24,345 bases of DNA from Acutalibacteraceae bacterium (GTDB taxonomy: Bacteria; Bacillota; Clostridia; Oscillospirales; Acutalibacteraceae). Shown in pieces: positions 21,568 to 24,345 of this stretch (within the stretch, counting starts at the first letter, position 1; each line of letters opens with the position of its first letter). The translations under genes and the position numbers were made by a program. Under the pieces are notes generated by a model that was given only the letters and a program-made list of their open reading frames with translations, was not told the origin of the DNA and ran no database searches. Where the stretch lies: contig JAZUQA010000010.1 of the NCBI GenBank assembly GCA_045605425.1, forward strand, positions 1 through 24,345, given 5' to 3'.

Positions 21568-22599
21568 ATGGGACTTTTTGATAAGAAATTCTGTGACATC
21601 TGCGGTGAGAAAATCGGCCTTCTCGGCAACAGAAAACTTGAAGACGGCAATATGTGTAAGGACTGTGCAAAAAAGCTTTCACCCTTCTTCAGCGACAGAA
21701 GAAGCTCTACGCTTGAAGAAATCAAGCAGCAGCTTGCCTACAGAGAGCAGAATAAACAGACTCTTGCATCCTTCAGACCGAACATCACTTTCGGCGACAG
21801 CAAGAAAATCTATGTAGATACAATTAACGGCAACTTTGTTGTTTCCAACTACAGCCCCAATAACTGGGATGAAGAAAATCCTGATGTTATGCCTCTTTCA
21901 ACAATTATGAGCTGCAACCTCAAGATAGATGAGGATAAGGATGAAATCTTTACTCAGGGTAAGGATGGTCAGAGAGTAAGCTACAATCCGCCCAGATACA
22001 AGTTCTACTATAACTTTATCCTTGAATTTAATGTTAACAACCCCTATTTTGATGATTTCAGAGTTCAGCTCAATAACTTCCGTATTGAAGGTATGGGCAC
22101 AATGGAATACAACAAATATCAGCAGATGGCTATGGAGGTTATCAACACTCTCACACCCGGCAGAGGCGCAATGCCCAATACGGGTATGAATCCCGGTATG
22201 GGCATGAATATGGGCGGTATGAATATGGGTATGAATAACGGTATGCCTATGAATCAGGGCTATGCTCCCGCAAATGCTTATGGCCAGCCCAACCCGTATG
22301 CACAGCAGAATCCTTATGCACAGCAGCAGCCCAACCCCTACGCACAGCAGAATCCTTATGCACAGCAGCAGGCTAACCCATATGCACAGCCCAATCCCTA
22401 CGGTCAGCCTCAGGCTAATACTTATGCACAGCAGAATCCTTACGCACAGCAGCAGGCTAACCCCTATGCACAGCAGAATGCTTACGCACAGCAGCCTGCA
22501 CAGGCTCCTGCTTCACAGAGCTGGGTTTGCCCTGCTTGTAATGCAGCAAATGAAAGTGGTGCGTTCTGCGCTTGCTGTGGTTCTCCCAAGGCTAACTGA
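21568..22599 (+). CDS. Zinc-ribbon protein (DUF4428-like N-terminus) with a Met/Gly/Asn-rich and NPYAQQ-repeat low-complexity region and a C-terminal zinc ribbon
   Basis: RBS AAAGGAGA. The N-terminus is FCDICGEKIGLLGNRKLEDGNMCKDCAKKLSPFF. The middle reads ...GMNPGMGMNMGGMNMGMNNGMPMNQG... followed by about 9 degenerate copies of (Q)(A/P)NPYAQQ. The end reads WVCPACNAANESGAFCACCG. Confidence 0.7.
   Translation: MGLFDKKFCDICGEKIGLLGNRKLEDGNMCKDCAKKLSPFFSDRRSSTLEEIKQQLAYREQNKQTLASFRPNITFGDSKKIYVDTINGNFVVSNYSPNNWDEENPDVMPLSTIMSCNLKIDEDKDEIFTQGKDGQRVSYNPPRYKFYYNFILEFNVNNPYFDDFRVQLNNFRIEGMGTMEYNKYQQMAMEVINTLTPGRGAMPNTGMNPGMGMNMGGMNMGMNNGMPMNQGYAPANAYGQPNPYAQQNPYAQQQPNPYAQQNPYAQQQANPYAQPNPYGQPQANTYAQQNPYAQQQANPYAQQNAYAQQPAQAPASQSWVCPACNAANESGAFCACCGSPKAN
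22262..22500 (+). repeat. Imperfect coding tandem repeats (18-24 nt units, CAGAATCCTTATGCACAGCAG-type) encoding NPYAQQ repeats
   Basis: Read directly from the sequence. The repeats are in frame within CDS 21568-22599. Confidence 0.8.
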
Positions 22600-22618
22600 T
22601 TAATGCTTTGATATTTCT

Positions 22619-23152
22619 ATGAATAAAAAGATGAAAGTTGCGATAATCGTGATTTTGGTCGGTGCTGTTGTCGTTGCCGCCGCAGTCGGTGTGTGGTATT
22701 ACAAAACAAAATTCTACGTGCCCGATAAAGATGGTATGGTGCGTGATATGGCAGATACCGTTATATCCTGCTCATATTCAACGGGCGGCGGAATGGACGG
22801 CGGCTCAATGAATATGAGAATATATCTCAACGGGAAAAACGAGGTATGGTTTGAATATTATAATCAGCCGTATATCGGTGCTGAAGAAGAATCCGCAAGT
22901 TTTCAGATTGAGGATGATGCAATTCTAAAAATAAGGCAGAAATGCAGTGAATACGGTGTTCTCGGTTGGGGTGAACTCAAGTACAGCGAGGAACAGCTTC
23001 TTGATGCACCCACAACTTCCGTGAGCTTTGTTTACGGCGACAACGAATATTATTCTGTAAGATCAGACTATGACCTTCCCGAACAAGGAGACGGTTTCTT
23101 TTCGGCGTTCTATAAAATTCTTGAACAATACAAAACGCAAGGAGGTAATTAA
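22619..23152 (+). CDS. Hypothetical N-terminally membrane-anchored protein
   Basis: A single TM helix (VAIIVILVGAVVVAAAVGVWYY) is followed by a ~140-aa soluble domain. I recognise no family. The RBS is weak, but the gene is tightly packed with its neighbours; its stop lies 3 nt before the next start. Confidence 0.5.
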   Translation: MNKKMKVAIIVILVGAVVVAAAVGVWYYKTKFYVPDKDGMVRDMADTVISCSYSTGGGMDGGSMNMRIYLNGKNEVWFEYYNQPYIGAEEESASFQIEDDAILKIRQKCSEYGVLGWGELKYSEEQLLDAPTTSVSFVYGDNEYYSVRSDYDLPEQGDGFFSAFYKILEQYKTQGGN

Positions 23153-23154
23153 CC

Positions 23155-24234
23155 TTGTCAACATTACTTGAACAGAAATGTCCGTGCTGCGGCGGTGCGG
23201 TTGAATTCAACGTCGGTGCACAGCGGCTTAAATGTCCATATTGCGATGCAGAATTTGATATTGCTGCTATGCAGCAGGCAGAAGATTTTGCCGCAAATAC
23301 GGTTGAGCAGATTAACTGGAATTCACAGGGCAGTCAGTGGGGTGCAGGCGAAACAGACGGAATGAGCGTTTATGCCTGCAAATCCTGCGGCGGTGAAATC
23401 GTTGCCGATGCAACAACGGGTGCAACAAGCTGTCCTTACTGCGGCAATCAGGTCGTTATGCAGGGTCAGTTCTCGGGTGCTCTCAGACCCGACCTCGTGA
23501 TTCCCTTCAAGCTCGATAAAAAAGCCGCAAAGGAAGCTCTCAAAAAACATTTCAAGGGTAAAAAATTCGTTCCGAAGGAATTTTTATCAGATAACAGACT
23601 TGATGAAGTAAAGGGTGTTTACGTTCCCCATTGGCTTTTCAGTTGCGATGCGGTTGTCAACGCAACATATCAGGCTGAAAAATATAAGCATTGGTCGGAC
23701 AGTAAGAACGAATACACCGAAACAACCGCTTACAATGTTTACAGAAGCGGCTCAATCGGCTTTGACAATGTTCCCGTTGACGGCTCAACAAAAATGCCCG
23801 ACGACCTTATGGAGTCAATCGAGCCCTTCAATCTCAACGAAGCCGTACCTTTCAACACGGCGTATCTTGCAGGCTACCTTGCAGATAAATATGACGTTGA
23901 CGTAAACCAGAGTATGGGCAGAGCAAACGAGAGAATTCAGGCAAGCGCACTTGATGCGTTTGAAGATACCGTTGAGGGCTACAATGCCGTAACTCCCATG
24001 CAGGCGGCAATGCAGGTTGCAAACGGCTCATATAAGTATGCTCTTTATCCCGTGTGGATTCTCAATGTAAAGTGGAAGGGTCAGAATCACACCTTCGCAA
24101 TGAACGGTCAAACGGGTAAATTCGTCGGCAATATCCCCACGGAAGAAAAGAAAGCCAAGCTCATCGGCGGTCTCGGCGGTGCGGCTGTGGGCGCACTTAT
24201 CTACATAATTATCAACATTATTTCATCACTTTAA
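23155..24234 (+). CDS. Double zinc-ribbon protein with a C-terminal TM anchor (YdjG-like)
   Basis: RBS AAGGAGG (23139-23145) with TTG start at 23155. The ribbons are KCPCCGGAVEF...LKCPYCDAEF and YACKSCGGEI...SCPYCGNQV. The C-terminal helix is LIGGLGGAAVGALIYIIINIISSL. The equivalence to B. subtilis YdjG is from memory of that family's architecture. Confidence 0.6.
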   Translation: MSTLLEQKCPCCGGAVEFNVGAQRLKCPYCDAEFDIAAMQQAEDFAANTVEQINWNSQGSQWGAGETDGMSVYACKSCGGEIVADATTGATSCPYCGNQVVMQGQFSGALRPDLVIPFKLDKKAAKEALKKHFKGKKFVPKEFLSDNRLDEVKGVYVPHWLFSCDAVVNATYQAEKYKHWSDSKNEYTETTAYNVYRSGSIGFDNVPVDGSTKMPDDLMESIEPFNLNEAVPFNTAYLAGYLADKYDVDVNQSMGRANERIQASALDAFEDTVEGYNAVTPMQAAMQVANGSYKYALYPVWILNVKWKGQNHTFAMNGQTGKFVGNIPTEEKKAKLIGGLGGAAVGALIYIIINIISSL

Positions 24235-24249
24235 GGAGGTGCGGAAGAA

Positions 24250-24345
24250 ATGACTAAAAAGATTTTTGCAATTCTCATTGCGGCTACGGTCTGCCTTTCA
24301 ATGGCGCTTTCCGCATCGGCTTATACAAGCCAGTATGTTTATGAC
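24250..24345 (+). CDS. N-terminus of a secreted/membrane protein, possibly TPM-domain (YdjH-like); the 3' end lies outside the window
   Basis: RBS AAGGAGG lies 8 nt upstream of ATG 24250. The signal peptide MTKKIFAILIAATVCLSMALSASA is followed by YTSQYVYD, which resembles the start of TPM domains (v.D.agll...). Only 32 codons are visible. Confidence 0.4.
   Translation, partial: MTKKIFAILIAATVCLSMALSASAYTSQYVYD

Noticed and set aside
22262-22603. 113-aa alternative-frame ORF (HSRILMHSS... repeats)
   Set aside because: It is a frame shadow of the NPYAQQ coding repeats within 21568..22599. The main frame begins with a strong RBS and has zinc-ribbon domains at both ends.

Overview
The window looks like a low-GC Firmicutes/Clostridia chromosome. 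A GH5 cellulase fragment and Ruminococcus-like secreted proteins support this, but the taxonomy is inference only. Every intact gene is on the + strand. There are three parts. (1) 1-665 is the 3' end of a GH5 endoglucanase. (2) ~700-5900 is an AT-rich accessory patch holding four decayed tyrosine-integrase fragments, an 18-nt direct repeat, and single-gene cargo cassettes. The cargo includes a VbhA-like/AbiEi-like antitoxin-only module with a small membrane protein, a DMT transporter, an esterase lacking its nucleophile region, and adenosine deaminase. (3) ~5970-24345 is the most interesting part and appears to be one locally regulated system. An identical 28-nt box sits at a fixed distance from three promoters. 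These promoters drive: (a) a secreted protein with 10 Cys3-His repeats; (b) an operon encoding a membrane-anchored protein with 11 Cys3-His repeats, an MscS channel, a PncC-like deamidase, a small Cys-rich protein and a cytoplasmic 5'-nucleotidase-family enzyme; (c) a paralogous 5'-nucleotidase, a small membrane protein, a lipoprotein and a YdjI/YdjG/YdjH-like SPFH plus zinc-ribbon membrane module. Between promoters (a) and (b) lies a three-component sensor: a 7-8 TM pseudo-kinase, a HisKA_3 kinase and a NarL/LuxR-type response regulator. No rRNA, tRNA or CRISPR array was seen. All domain calls come from motif recognition by eye. No searches were run.
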